DNA of 64,000 nucleotides. It comes from Promethearchaeati archaeon (GTDB lineage Archaea; Asgardarchaeota; Heimdallarchaeia; Heimdallarchaeales; Heimdallarchaeaceae). The notes beneath the pieces were generated by a model. The model saw only the letters and a list, made by a program, of their open reading frames with translations. It had not been told where the DNA came from and made no database searches. How positions within the stretch are numbered: position 1 is the stretch's first letter; the number at the start of each line of letters is the position of its first letter. The translations under genes were made by a program, and so were the position numbers. The stretch lies in assembly GCA_013166775.1 (NCBI GenBank), contig JABLTJ010000006.1:1-64000 (forward strand). The letters are read 5' to 3'. Positions 1 to 10,926 of the stretch are shown piece after piece.

Positions 1-84
1 ATAAAGATTACTAATTATTCATATTCTTCAAAAAAAAGCTTAGTGAGAAAAATTTAATAAAATTAATAAAATCTATAATTTGAA

Positions 85-1143
85 ATGAATATTGATAGAG
101 AGAGTGTTATAAGAACACAAATGGAATTAAGTAATCTAATGGGATGTCCTGGTCATGAAGAAGAAGTAACCGATTATATCATGATGAGGTTAGAGAAATT
201 AACTGTAGACAAAGCTTGGATAGATCCTCTAGGAAATGTTTTGGCGATCAAAGAAGGTACAGATCCAAATGGACTAAGGATACTCCTCGATGGCCATGTA
301 GATGAGGTAGGTTTTATGATTTCTCACATCAGCGATAACGGTTTCATTACAGTGACTACTTTAGGTGGAATAGATAAACGAATAATTCTAGGAACGCTTG
401 TTCAATTTCAATCTTCCAATGGGGAAAGAATAATTGGTGTTTTTGGAGCATCTCCTCCCCATATTACCAAGCAAGACGAAAGAGAAAAAGTACCAGATAT
501 TTCAGATATGTTTGTGGACATAGGGTGCGATTCATATGAAGAAGTAATTGAGACAGGACTTGATATTGGTTCAGTAGGAACCTTTTATGTTGAAAGTATC
601 CAACTAAATGATAAAACTATTTTAGGAAAGGCATTTGATGATAGAACTGCTTGCAATGTAATTCTTCATGTACTTGAAATTCTATCTGATCAAGAAATTC
701 CAAATACTATTTTAGTAAACTTTGCAGTTCAGGAAGAGGTCGGTTTAAGAGGAGCTACAGTAGGAGCTTTTACACTTGATCCAAGTATTGCACTTGCTGT
801 AGAAAATACTATGGCATGTGATGTACCAGGAGTAAGTCCCCAAAAAACTATAACTAAACTTGGTGGAGGACCTGCGGTTACAGCTGCTGATCGATCTTTA
901 ATAGTTCCAAAAAAAATACTTGAAAGAATAAAAGAAGCAGCGGGGAAGGATGAAATAAAATGGCAATACAAAAAACCTGCTTATGGGGGAACAGACGCAG
1001 GAAGAATCTCTCTAACAAAGTCAGGGGTGCCTTCAGGAGTGGTTTCAGTTCCATGTAGATATATACATTCCACTGCTGGAATTCTACTTGTAGATGATAT
1101 AATAAACACAATTAAATTAGTTTCGAATTTCTGCAAAATTTAA
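85..1143 (+). CDS. M42 family aminopeptidase (TET-like)
   Basis: GHVDEVG, KAFDDR, QEEVGLRGA, GGTDAG and RYIHS motifs. Confidence 0.93.
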   Translation: MNIDRESVIRTQMELSNLMGCPGHEEEVTDYIMMRLEKLTVDKAWIDPLGNVLAIKEGTDPNGLRILLDGHVDEVGFMISHISDNGFITVTTLGGIDKRIILGTLVQFQSSNGERIIGVFGASPPHITKQDEREKVPDISDMFVDIGCDSYEEVIETGLDIGSVGTFYVESIQLNDKTILGKAFDDRTACNVILHVLEILSDQEIPNTILVNFAVQEEVGLRGATVGAFTLDPSIALAVENTMACDVPGVSPQKTITKLGGGPAVTAADRSLIVPKKILERIKEAAGKDEIKWQYKKPAYGGTDAGRISLTKSGVPSGVVSVPCRYIHSTAGILLVDDIINTIKLVSNFCKI

Positions 1144-2594
1144 CGCTTATTTTTCCTATCTTCAGATCCTCTGAAATAGGATAAAATTGCAGTAAGAAGC
1201 ATAATAAATGCAAATACTCCAAAGAGTACTCTCATAGCTGGAATGTAATTACTAGGATCTCCTAAATCTCCTCCATTAATTCTTTGAAAAAAATTCTGAT
1301 TAATTACAAAAACTGATGTTGCTAATGCTGTTCCTAAACTAAAACCAAAATTGGTTGATAAACTTAACATCCCGTTTGCAACCCCCAGTTTTTCTTTTGG
1401 AGCAGCTGACATCACTGAATTGTTATTAGGAGCAATGAATGCTCCTAAGGAAAAACCAATGATTACAGCGATTAGAACAATTAACCAAATTGGGACACTA
1501 AAAGTCACAAAAACTGCACCAACAATTAATGCAATCATCATACTAGCAACACCTATTGTAGCAATATATTTGGCATCTATTCTATCTGATAGAGAGCCTG
1601 CAACAACTGCTGATAGTGCCATAGCAACTGGCGTTCCAAGAATTATAAGACCTGTTTCAATTTGAGATAACTCCATTATTTCCTGCAAGAAGAAGGGGAG
1701 CTGGTAGATGATAACACATAATCCCATATATGCAAATATTGCAGTAAAAATACCAATAATAAATCTTCTATTTCTAAACATAGCTAGATCTACTATAGGA
1801 GCTTTTGATCTTCTCTCCCAAAAAATGAACATTACTAAAAGAATAAAACTACTCCCAAGACTTATTCCTGCCCAACGATTAGCATTACTAATAACATCAC
1901 TCTCAAAGATACTCAATCCAAAAACAATCAAAGTTAGAAGACTAGCTAACAGAAAAGAACCTATGGTATCTGCTTTTCTTCTTTCTTTCTGAATAGGTTT
2001 GGTTGCAGGAATAGCAAATTGTACCCAAATCAAACCTAAGAGACCAACAGGAACATTCACTAGAAAAATACTTGGCCACCCAAAATACTCAGTTAATACT
2101 CCTCCTAATATTGGACCAAGGGTAATAGCAAATGCTACAATTAGCGAATTCAGACCAATTGCTAATCCTCTATTTTCTTCTGTAGTAAACCTTGTAATAA
2201 TGGCAATTCCATTTGCAACTAAACCTGTTGCCCCGATACCCTGCAAAACACGAAAAATAATTAAAACAGTAAAAGAATTTGCAAAAAAGCAAAGTAATGA
2301 AGCTATTGAGAAAATAAACATTCCTATTTGGAAAATAATCTTGTTGGAAATTCTATCTCCTAAATCTCCAGCTATTGTAGTAAAAGCAATCATAGTTAAT
2401 AGATAACAAATGATTACCCATTGAATACTACTCTGTGAAACTCCGAGAGAATCTTTCATTGTTCTGAGACTGATATTAATTATAGTACCATCTAGGGATG
2501 CAAGAAAAACACCTATACCCGTAGCTGAAATCAGGATTCCTATTTTTACCTGAGATTCATTTTTTTCTTCTATAAGTACAGTGGATCTTTGCAT
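1140..2594 (-). CDS. MFS drug:H+ antiporter (DHA2/EmrB-QacA, 14 TM)
   Basis: LDGTIIN, GDLGDRIS, RVLQGIGA and GPILGG motifs; many hydrophobic segments. Confidence 0.9.
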   Translation of the reverse strand: MQRSTVLIEEKNESQVKIGILISATGIGVFLASLDGTIINISLRTMKDSLGVSQSSIQWVIICYLLTMIAFTTIAGDLGDRISNKIIFQIGMFIFSIASLLCFFANSFTVLIIFRVLQGIGATGLVANGIAIITRFTTEENRGLAIGLNSLIVAFAITLGPILGGVLTEYFGWPSIFLVNVPVGLLGLIWVQFAIPATKPIQKERRKADTIGSFLLASLLTLIVFGLSIFESDVISNANRWAGISLGSSFILLVMFIFWERRSKAPIVDLAMFRNRRFIIGIFTAIFAYMGLCVIIYQLPFFLQEIMELSQIETGLIILGTPVAMALSAVVAGSLSDRIDAKYIATIGVASMMIALIVGAVFVTFSVPIWLIVLIAVIIGFSLGAFIAPNNNSVMSAAPKEKLGVANGMLSLSTNFGFSLGTALATSVFVINQNFFQRINGGDLGDPSNYIPAMRVLFGVFAFIMLLTAILSYFRGSEDRKNKR

Positions 2595-2678
2595 TATATT
2601 GACTATTGCATTCCTTGATAATTATAAAATTGCCTAAATCAGCATATTTAATCCAATAAGCATAAGATTCCTTCTTAC

Positions 2679-3242
2679 TTACTTATTTTCGAATTCATTT
2701 CTTAGTATATCCATCTCTATAATGTCGTGATAAGAACCTTGAACAAAATGAGCTTGTCTCTTCTTTCCAACTTTCTTAAATCCTAGTTTTTCATAAACAT
2801 GAATGGCACGATCATTATATTCCATAACCCATAACTCTATTCTATTCAAGTTTAGTATATTAAAACCGAATTTCAGAAGGCAAATCATCGCATCTGTCCC
2901 ATATCCCTTGTTATGGTTTGCAGGATTATGAATTCCAATTCCTACAATTCCCGATTTTGCTATCCAATTCATATCTTCATATCCGCAGGTCCCAAGAAGC
3001 TCCTTTGTTTCCTTATTTTCTATTACAAAGGCAAATCCAGTTTGATTCTTAGCTTTTTCGTGAGTACTTTTAATCCAATCTTCCTCCATCATACTGGACA
3101 TAGGAATTACAGTTCCAAGACCTATTCTTGATTCAAATGTATTCCAGTGTTTCATTATGTCATCTAAATCAGATTTTTCAACTGCTCTTAGTTGTACTCT
3201 CTCACCAATGAAAGGAGAACCTTTAGATATGATTTTATCCAT
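2679..3242 (-). CDS. RimJ/RimL-type GNAT acetyltransferase
   Basis: NKGYGTDAM and NDRAIHVYEKLGF motifs; start moved to ATG at 3242 (MDKIISK) because the upstream extension is AT-rich promoter sequence. Confidence 0.88.
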   Translation of the reverse strand: MDKIISKGSPFIGERVQLRAVEKSDLDDIMKHWNTFESRIGLGTVIPMSSMMEEDWIKSTHEKAKNQTGFAFVIENKETKELLGTCGYEDMNWIAKSGIVGIGIHNPANHNKGYGTDAMICLLKFGFNILNLNRIELWVMEYNDRAIHVYEKLGFKKVGKKRQAHFVQGSYHDIIEMDILRNEFENK

Positions 3243-3373
3243 AAAGAAAAAGAAAAGATTATTCTTTTGAATGTTTGGTTTAAAGATGATTTTATTATTA
3301 AATATTTTACATAAAAGATAATTTATATATTCGAATTCCAACATAAGAAGTGTTGGTTGAAACTATTTAATCA

Positions 3374-6300
3374 GTGATTCTTATGAATTATATTAATAAT
3401 CTTATACAAAAAACTTTCAAACGAAGAATTGGAAAGAACGTTGGGACTCTGATAGCAATAGGTTTAGCAGTTAGTCTAATGGTAGGTGTACAAATAACAA
3501 TAACAAGTTTTGCTACTGAAGCTTTAGATTTTTTCGTCGATGCAATCGGAGAAAATGATATCATAATCAGTGGTTTTACTTATCCAATAAATACAACTAC
3601 AACATTACCTAATATTACAAATTCGGGTATAGATTATGCTGCATTTAACATTCGAATCACCCAATCTGTAGCTTTATACAATTTAAAATATGGGAGTCTG
3701 GAAAAAGGAGTAAGTTTTGTCGGTTTTGAATTGGACGAGGATCCTGTTTTTGGTAATTTGTACGACCAAAATGGTACTATTTATCGAAGATCGAAATTAG
3801 TAGATCTTTTCAAAAATGAAACCCACGTTATAATGGGAGAAGATTTAGCAGAGAATCTTAATGTAACAGTGGGAACCATATTAAAATTGAGAGTAGGAGA
3901 ATTAAATCAAGCGCAATTCAGGTTTGATTTTAAAACGTTTGATATTAAAGTTGTAGGATTAGTAGCTGAAGAAGAAAAAGGAAAAGAATTAGGTGGTTGG
4001 TCAATTTGGACTAGTATAGATAACATGAGGAAAATAATAGGATTTGCTGATGATGAATGCAGTGAAATAAATATTTCTCTAAGTAGTGACCATGAGAATA
4101 ATCCTATTTCCAATGAAGAAGCCATAGAGGTTGAAGAGCAATTAAATATACTCCTAGATTCTGAAAACTCTGGCTTAATTATTGTTGCTTTTAGAGCCTT
4201 AATTCTGGAGACATCTGACGAAATTCTCAAAGATGTTTTATTAGCCTTTAATTTATTCGGTGCTTTAATCATATTTTCTGGTGTTCTCCTCTTAGTTAAT
4301 ATCCAATTGATTCAGGTAGAAGATAGAGTACAACAGCTCGGGATTTTAAGGGCAATTGGATCAAGAAGAAGAGAAATTGTTAGATTATTTTTAGTTGAAT
4401 CCTTCATCTTAGGTTTCTTAGGTTCTTTTATAGGAATAGGGGGAGGATATACAATGTCAGTCTTTCTAGTTGACAGGATAGGTAAAACCTTCTTTGATGG
4501 TGAAATCGCTCTCCAACCAAATGTTACAGCTGGGGCAGTTGGTTATTCCATAGCTTTAGGATTAATTTTAGCAATAGGAGCTGGTGTTTTTCCAGCGATA
4601 AGAGCTGCTGGTGTAGATGTTATAGAGGTAATAAGGGGCATCAAGAAAATAAAAAGGAAAAAAACTGGAAGTCTTTCACTAGCTATAGGTCTAAGTCTAA
4701 TACTAGCTGGTATTTCAGTACTTGTAGCTCAAAGTTTCATTTATGATTCTATACTTACAAAAGCAGGATGGAATACTGCTATAGAACAATGGGTGTTTAT
4801 GGCAGGAGCCGGCGGGATTCTCTTAGGTATAAGTGTACTCTCAGGTTATTTATTCTCAAGGAAAATTATGGGGAACGGAATAGGATTAACATTCATAATT
4901 CTGTCAATATTAATGCTTCTTTTGTCTCTCCCTCAAACAAAGGGCTTAGAGGACAATAATAAGATATTAATTACATTGGTTGTAATTTTAGCACTGGGTT
5001 CAATTATATGGGTAGGAGTGAATCTTAACGCAGTCACCAATTTCATCAGAGGTGTTCTTTATAGAACTAGAATTAAAAAAGGAGTTTCTCTAATGGCAAG
5101 TAAATATATGACTTCAAAAACAATTAGAAGTACTCTAACATTTGGAATTTTCACTTTAGTATTAACAATGAACATCTTTGCTAGCGTATATCAAGCAACA
5201 TTTGCATATAATACCTTAGAATCTGTGGAATTCTATAGTGGTGGAGCTCCTATTTATATTGAATTAGATTCTCCAATCGCAAATGAATCTTTGGTTAACG
5301 TTGAAAGTGAACTACAAGAAGTAGATGATTCGATAAAACATGTAAAAGGTATAAATTCAACTTTAATCCTTATTACAACGGATGAAGAAGTGGAAGAATT
5401 AGACATACCCACGGACTTCTTTCCAGGGTCTGTAGATCTGATTTACAATAATACATTCAAAAATGGTGATGAATATGTTTTTGATTTCCTATTTGAACAA
5501 TCTTTGGCTCAATTTAATGAAAAATATAGACAAGCAGGTTCGGAAAGATATCAGTTGGAATATAGTCATGAAATTTGGGATTTCTTTTATAATAGAACAA
5601 AATTCAACGAAGAAGGCTATATAGATAATGAAAATGGAATGCCTACTGTTATCTCAACAACTCCCATTCTAAAACCAGGCAATGTATTCAATTTGACAGG
5701 TATTGGTTTTAATACATTTCCAGTTATAGTGCTTGCCTCTTTACAACAATATCCTTTCAGTCTATCGACTATGTTTCCAACCTTATTAATCACGCCCACT
5801 ATTGATTTCTTTCCAAGATTAAATCTTCACTTTGGGCTTTATCCTTCTTATATGAAGTTCTTAGTAAAGACAAATGAGGATTTCAGAGAAGGGAGAAACA
5901 CCATAATAGCAGAAGAAATTGAGACATTCTTTAATGGTAATGAATCAAAACTAGTTCTTGCTGAAGACTTCGTAGCAGCTTCAGCAAACAATGTTTGGGA
6001 TGACATGCTGGAACTAGTAGACTTTCAAGTTAGAACCTTTGATTTCCTCCAATACTTTGTAGGATTTGGTTTAATTGTGGGAGCAATGGGGATGGTAATT
6101 ATAGCGATGAGAAATGTTGCTGAAAGAAGAAGAGAAATAGGTATGAAAAGAGCGCTAGGTTACAAGAAACGACAAATAATAGGAACCATCATGCTAGAAC
6201 TCTTCATCCTAGCTGGATTAGGATTGATTATAGGTTTAATTAATAGCATAATATTGGGATGGGCGTTTGCTAGACTGTACGATTGGTTGCTTCTAGTTCC

Positions 6301-6421
6301 TCCATTAAGGATTCTTCTATATACGGGAATAATGATTGGAATATCGCTTCTCGCTGCAATTTTACCAGGCATTAGAGCTAGTCAAATAACACCAGCAGAA
6401 GCAATAAGGTATGTAGGGTGA
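3374..6421 (+). CDS. MacB/FtsX-family ABC permease (duplicated FtsX domains)
   Basis: Two copies of the R..E/Q.G..RA.G FtsX motif (RVQQLGILRAIG, RRREIGMKRALG); large extracytoplasmic loops. Confidence 0.9.
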   Translation: MILMNYINNLIQKTFKRRIGKNVGTLIAIGLAVSLMVGVQITITSFATEALDFFVDAIGENDIIISGFTYPINTTTTLPNITNSGIDYAAFNIRITQSVALYNLKYGSLEKGVSFVGFELDEDPVFGNLYDQNGTIYRRSKLVDLFKNETHVIMGEDLAENLNVTVGTILKLRVGELNQAQFRFDFKTFDIKVVGLVAEEEKGKELGGWSIWTSIDNMRKIIGFADDECSEINISLSSDHENNPISNEEAIEVEEQLNILLDSENSGLIIVAFRALILETSDEILKDVLLAFNLFGALIIFSGVLLLVNIQLIQVEDRVQQLGILRAIGSRRREIVRLFLVESFILGFLGSFIGIGGGYTMSVFLVDRIGKTFFDGEIALQPNVTAGAVGYSIALGLILAIGAGVFPAIRAAGVDVIEVIRGIKKIKRKKTGSLSLAIGLSLILAGISVLVAQSFIYDSILTKAGWNTAIEQWVFMAGAGGILLGISVLSGYLFSRKIMGNGIGLTFIILSILMLLLSLPQTKGLEDNNKILITLVVILALGSIIWVGVNLNAVTNFIRGVLYRTRIKKGVSLMASKYMTSKTIRSTLTFGIFTLVLTMNIFASVYQATFAYNTLESVEFYSGGAPIYIELDSPIANESLVNVESELQEVDDSIKHVKGINSTLILITTDEEVEELDIPTDFFPGSVDLIYNNTFKNGDEYVFDFLFEQSLAQFNEKYRQAGSERYQLEYSHEIWDFFYNRTKFNEEGYIDNENGMPTVISTTPILKPGNVFNLTGIGFNTFPVIVLASLQQYPFSLSTMFPTLLITPTIDFFPRLNLHFGLYPSYMKFLVKTNEDFREGRNTIIAEEIETFFNGNESKLVLAEDFVAASANNVWDDMLELVDFQVRTFDFLQYFVGFGLIVGAMGMVIIAMRNVAERRREIGMKRALGYKKRQIIGTIMLELFILAGLGLIIGLINSIILGWAFARLYDWLLLVPPLRILLYTGIMIGISLLAAILPGIRASQITPAEAIRYVG

Positions 6422-6425
6422 TAAA

Positions 6426-7127
6426 ATGAGTGAAGAAATAATACTAAAAACTGAAAATTTACACAAAATCTATGCTCAGGACACACCTATGGAAGTTCAT
6501 GCACTGAGAGGAATAGATATAGAGGTTAAGAAAGGAGAAATGGTTGCTATTATGGGTCCAAGTGGATGTGGAAAAACAACTCTACTTAATCTTCTTGGAG
6601 GAATTGATGAACCTACAAAAGGGCAAATATTCATTAGTGGACAAGATATTAATGAATTAACAGACATTGAGGTAACTCAATTTCGGTTAAAAAATATCGG
6701 ATACATATTTCAACTGTTTAATCTTTTCGAATTTTTGAATGCTCTAGAGAATACTGTTTTGCCTTTATTTCTTACTGATGCATCTAGATTTGAAGCTGAA
6801 GAAGAAGCGAAAATGATGCTAAGACAGATGGGCTTAGGAGATAAAATCAATCACCTACCTAATGAGCTAAGTGGAGGAGAACAGCAAAGAGTTGCAGTTT
6901 CTAGAGCATTATTAATGAATCCTGCAATCATCCTTGGTGATGAACCTACTGGTGATTTAGATCAAGATACTTCCACTGAAATTATGAACTTGTTTGTATC
7001 AATAAACGAGAACTATAATCAAACATTCTTAGTTGTAACTCACTCTGAATATATTGCTAGTTTCTGTCACAGGATTATCAGAATAGTAGATGGAGAGATA
7101 ATCAATCTTGGAGGAAAAGGTGATTAA
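6426..7127 (+). CDS. LolD/MacB-type ABC ATP-binding protein
   Basis: GPSGCGKT, LSGGEQQR, DEPTGDLD and VTH motifs. Confidence 0.95.
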   Translation: MSEEIILKTENLHKIYAQDTPMEVHALRGIDIEVKKGEMVAIMGPSGCGKTTLLNLLGGIDEPTKGQIFISGQDINELTDIEVTQFRLKNIGYIFQLFNLFEFLNALENTVLPLFLTDASRFEAEEEAKMMLRQMGLGDKINHLPNELSGGEQQRVAVSRALLMNPAIILGDEPTGDLDQDTSTEIMNLFVSINENYNQTFLVVTHSEYIASFCHRIIRIVDGEIINLGGKGD

Positions 7128-9008
7128 ATGTCAAGAATATCATATAAAATCCGAAAATTTCTCAAATCAGATAAAACTGAAGAAGGATCAACCGTTGATC
7201 TAACTATTGGTATTTTAATCAATAAACTCAATAGAGATTCTCTAAATACTCTTATTAATAAATTTCGAAATTATCTTTACAAACTGGATGCAATATACTT
7301 TGATATAATAGAGGTAAACACCTTTCTTTTCATTCATTGTGGATTTCCTTTAGAATTTGCAGAATTAACAGAACAGAGAGCTGAAGTTGTAAAAAGAATT
7401 GAACGAATTATGCATGACTATTGTTCAAAAGAATGCTCTCTTTATGCAAAGAAAATTAGACAAAATATAGAAATCAAAGATATTACAAAGATGTTAATTG
7501 AACTTGTGAAAAACTCAAAGACAGAAAATTCCAAAGAAATAATTCTAGAAATTGAGAATCAAGCAAATGACATTGATGATCGAGTAGTTAATCATGTAAG
7601 CGACGTGCTTTTGAACAGCTTTATTGCAGTCTGGGATTTTCCTGAAAATATTTCTGATATAATTATGTTTCCCGATATATTTCTCAAAAGAGATGTTTCA
7701 GATAAACAAAGTAATATCTCATTAAGAACTGTAGCTGAAAATCTTCTCATTATTCAATTTGGGAAAGCATGTGTAAATAACCTTTCACCAATATTTCTGT
7801 CATTGGAAAAAGCAATAGATTCTCTTGAAAATCTTTTTTCCGATAAGAAAAGAATGGATAAATTAATCACTACAATGAGTAATAAACTCTGGAGAACACT
7901 AAGGGTAGTTTTTGGCTTACTCTCTTCTACTCAACAAGCTATAACTATTCTAGAAAAACAAATCAGAAGGATTTCAGAGGTTCGGGGAGATTTAGTAGAA
8001 CAAGTTCAAGAATTGGAATATAATCCATTAATGGACTACCTCATGTTAATGGATAATACTTTAGCATGTGATGAATATATCACCAGATTGGATAAGCTTC
8101 AAACAAGAGTAAAAGCAACTTATCAATCATTGCTTGAGATAATAAACAAATTCCAAGATGTTCCTGACATACTGTCAGAAGATGTCAGCGATATAATTGA
8201 TGTATTTACAAAAGCTTTAACAGAAATCCAGTTAATGAAATTCTATTCAGACAAATTCAGAGATTTAGCTTATTTTCAGACGATTCCAACAGATATTATT
8301 TTAGAAAAACAAGAGAAATTAGATATTCCCCCTGAAATTATTTTAAAAGGTGTATCTCTCTTCAAAACCTATAGATTGTTAGGTTCTACTGTTTATGCTC
8401 TTCGTGGAATAGATGTTGAAATTAAAAGAGGAGAAATCGTAGCAATCATGGGACCAAGTGGAAGTGGTAAAACGACCCTGCTTAATCTACTCTCTGGATT
8501 AGATACACCTACAAGAGGTGCAGTTTTCCTCTCAGGGAAGAATATTGATGTTCTCTCTGACGCGGATTTATCAATTTTCCGACGAAAAAATATTGGTTTC
8601 ATCTTCCAATACTACAATCTTATACCACAACTCACAGTATTAGAGAATGTTATGTTGCCCGGATTAATGGTTGGGAGAGTAAATAGGGAAGTAAGAAGAG
8701 AAGCTCTCGAGTTAATAGAAGAAGTTGGACTATCAAGATTTCAGAATCAGTTTCCAATTAAACTATCTGGAGGACAATTGCAAAGAGTTACAATTGCAAG
8801 AGCAATGATTAATGAACCATCAGTACTTTTCGCTGATGAGCCTACAGGAGATTTGGATACTCAAACAGGAAAAACTGTTATCGACCTTATTCGAAGATTT
8901 GCAAAGGAAAAACAAACTGCAGTTATTCTTGTAACTCATGATAGATCAATCACAAAAATCTGTGATAGAACAATCGAAATAAGCGATGGAAGAATAGTTG
9001 ATAGCTAG
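7128..9008 (+). CDS. ABC ATP-binding protein (LolD-type) with ~400-aa unknown N-terminal domain
   Basis: C-terminal GPSGSGKT, LSGGQLQR, DEPTGDLD and VTHD; N-terminal helical region not recognised. Confidence 0.85.
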   Translation: MSRISYKIRKFLKSDKTEEGSTVDLTIGILINKLNRDSLNTLINKFRNYLYKLDAIYFDIIEVNTFLFIHCGFPLEFAELTEQRAEVVKRIERIMHDYCSKECSLYAKKIRQNIEIKDITKMLIELVKNSKTENSKEIILEIENQANDIDDRVVNHVSDVLLNSFIAVWDFPENISDIIMFPDIFLKRDVSDKQSNISLRTVAENLLIIQFGKACVNNLSPIFLSLEKAIDSLENLFSDKKRMDKLITTMSNKLWRTLRVVFGLLSSTQQAITILEKQIRRISEVRGDLVEQVQELEYNPLMDYLMLMDNTLACDEYITRLDKLQTRVKATYQSLLEIINKFQDVPDILSEDVSDIIDVFTKALTEIQLMKFYSDKFRDLAYFQTIPTDIILEKQEKLDIPPEIILKGVSLFKTYRLLGSTVYALRGIDVEIKRGEIVAIMGPSGSGKTTLLNLLSGLDTPTRGAVFLSGKNIDVLSDADLSIFRRKNIGFIFQYYNLIPQLTVLENVMLPGLMVGRVNREVRREALELIEEVGLSRFQNQFPIKLSGGQLQRVTIARAMINEPSVLFADEPTGDLDTQTGKTVIDLIRRFAKEKQTAVILVTHDRSITKICDRTIEISDGRIVDS

Positions 9009-10360
9009 AGTTTCTTCTTTTCAATCTTTTTTATTTTCTTTACCCATTTATCAAAACCATCAGGGTTTGACGGATAATTATTTGATATTTTCTTTATTTT
9101 CTCAGCTAATAAAATTCCTTTAGCTACTTTTATTAATAATCTTGGTTTTCTGATTCCTTGATATATTTTCTTAGCGATTGGTAACTTCACAGCATATGAT
9201 ATCATTATTGCATCTACATCCTCTTGTGAAATTATTCCTCTCTCAAATAAATACGAAAAATCACTGAAAGGTACGGCATTCAGTAACTTGTGAACAGCAA
9301 TCCCCAAACCTGCATCATAACCATAAAGGTTCCATATTTTCTTATTATACTCCCATAGAGTCTCTTCATCATATTTCTGATTTCGAACAGTTTTTTCGAT
9401 AATCTCTGAAGCATAGAAACCACTTAGAAGGGCTGGACCATGTCCTTCGCCGCTTATTGGATTAACTAGAGCACCAGCATCACCGCAGGCAATAAAACCA
9501 TCCGCAACTAACGAATATAATGGTAATCTACCAGTTAATAAATCTCCAGCCCCATCAACAACTTTTGCGTCAGGAAAGAACTTATTTCTCAATTGCTGAA
9601 GTACATTTTTCGCATTATAATGCTTGTTTTTTTCGTTGATTAACCATCCTACTCCAATATTAAGAGTGGTTTCCCCTTTGGAGAATATCCAAAAGTAACC
9701 AGGAGGAGGTAGTTCTTCATGATACTCAATTCTCATCTGATATTGATAATCATGAAGTTTGGGAGTTTCAATAATTTCTCTGTAAGAAATTATGATCTCA
9801 GTATTGGGAAGTTTCTTTGGAAACTTGGATGATATAGTCTCAGGAATATTTCTTCGAACAATTCCTGGAACACCAGAACAATCAGCGACAATTTTAGCGT
9901 AAATATTGATCTTTTTACCATCTTCTAAGCGAACCTTACAACCTACTACTTTGTTTTTCTTTACAATTGTATCCACTACTTTATGACTGTGTTTAATCTC
10001 AATCAAAGGAAAATCAACCAATGATTTCAGCAATCGTTGACCATATTCTAATCTATCAATTGTTTGTGATACAAAAGGTATCTCCAATTCAAATCCTAGG
10101 ACTGGACGAAAATGAGCACTTGCTAAATCTTCACTTATTTCTTCTCCCTTTGGTTGTAGAATTCCGCAAAGCTCAAATAAACGTCGGGTTGAATTTGGTG
10201 ATAGAGCATCACCACAAGGCTTATATCCAATTTTAGAACGAGGTTTCTGATCAACTAGTATGCAAGGGATATGTTTTTTTCCTAAATTTATTGCTAAGCT
10301 TAAACCTGCAGGTCCAGCTCCAACAATTAAAACATCAGTTTTTATATCCAAGTCCAACAT
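9005..10360 (-). CDS. Geranylgeranyl reductase family flavoprotein
   Basis: GAGPAG, KPCGDA, GYFWIF and GDAGALVNPISGEG motifs. Confidence 0.9.
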   Translation of the reverse strand: MLDLDIKTDVLIVGAGPAGLSLAINLGKKHIPCILVDQKPRSKIGYKPCGDALSPNSTRRLFELCGILQPKGEEISEDLASAHFRPVLGFELEIPFVSQTIDRLEYGQRLLKSLVDFPLIEIKHSHKVVDTIVKKNKVVGCKVRLEDGKKINIYAKIVADCSGVPGIVRRNIPETISSKFPKKLPNTEIIISYREIIETPKLHDYQYQMRIEYHEELPPPGYFWIFSKGETTLNIGVGWLINEKNKHYNAKNVLQQLRNKFFPDAKVVDGAGDLLTGRLPLYSLVADGFIACGDAGALVNPISGEGHGPALLSGFYASEIIEKTVRNQKYDEETLWEYNKKIWNLYGYDAGLGIAVHKLLNAVPFSDFSYLFERGIISQEDVDAIMISYAVKLPIAKKIYQGIRKPRLLIKVAKGILLAEKIKKISNNYPSNPDGFDKWVKKIKKIEKKKL

Positions 10361-10458
10361 TCAATTTTTCAAAGAAGATATACAATAAAAATCTTTCAGT
10401 TGACAATTTCCTCCAAAACTGAGAGCTTAAATATTTGTTGACATTTTTTCTCTTGCTC

Positions 10459-10920
10459 ATGAATCAAACAAAAATTAACTTTTATTTAGAAATAATCAGG
10501 AAATCTCATGATGCTTTTAAAGAATTCTTAGTACATTTACCTGAGGGTATTCTTAACTGGGAACTGCACGAATTTGCAAATACTGTAAACTGGATGGTTC
10601 AGCATATAATCCATGATCAAATGTGGATAGCAAATGTAATATTGAATAATCAAAATGAAGGAAAGCATTTCAAAAAAGAATCTAAAGATATTACCTTAGA
10701 AGATATGCTTGAAACATATGATAACCTTACATCTAAAACTGAATCGATGTTTCAAAGACTAAAAGATGAACATTTAACTGAAAGTAGAAGCTATAAAGAT
10801 TATCTAATGTCAGTTGAAGAATGGTTCTTTGAATACATTCACCATTTAAATCAGCATGCTGGGGAACTAGCTCTCTATCTTACTATCTGGAAAAGGGAGC
10901 AAAGAAGCTCCAAAAACTAA
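10459..10920 (+). CDS. DinB/YfiT-family protein
   Basis: NTVNWMVQHI and HHLNQHAGEL His pattern; four-helix size. Confidence 0.8.
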   Translation: MNQTKINFYLEIIRKSHDAFKEFLVHLPEGILNWELHEFANTVNWMVQHIIHDQMWIANVILNNQNEGKHFKKESKDITLEDMLETYDNLTSKTESMFQRLKDEHLTESRSYKDYLMSVEEWFFEYIHHLNQHAGELALYLTIWKREQRSSKN

Positions 10921-10926
10921 GCAATT

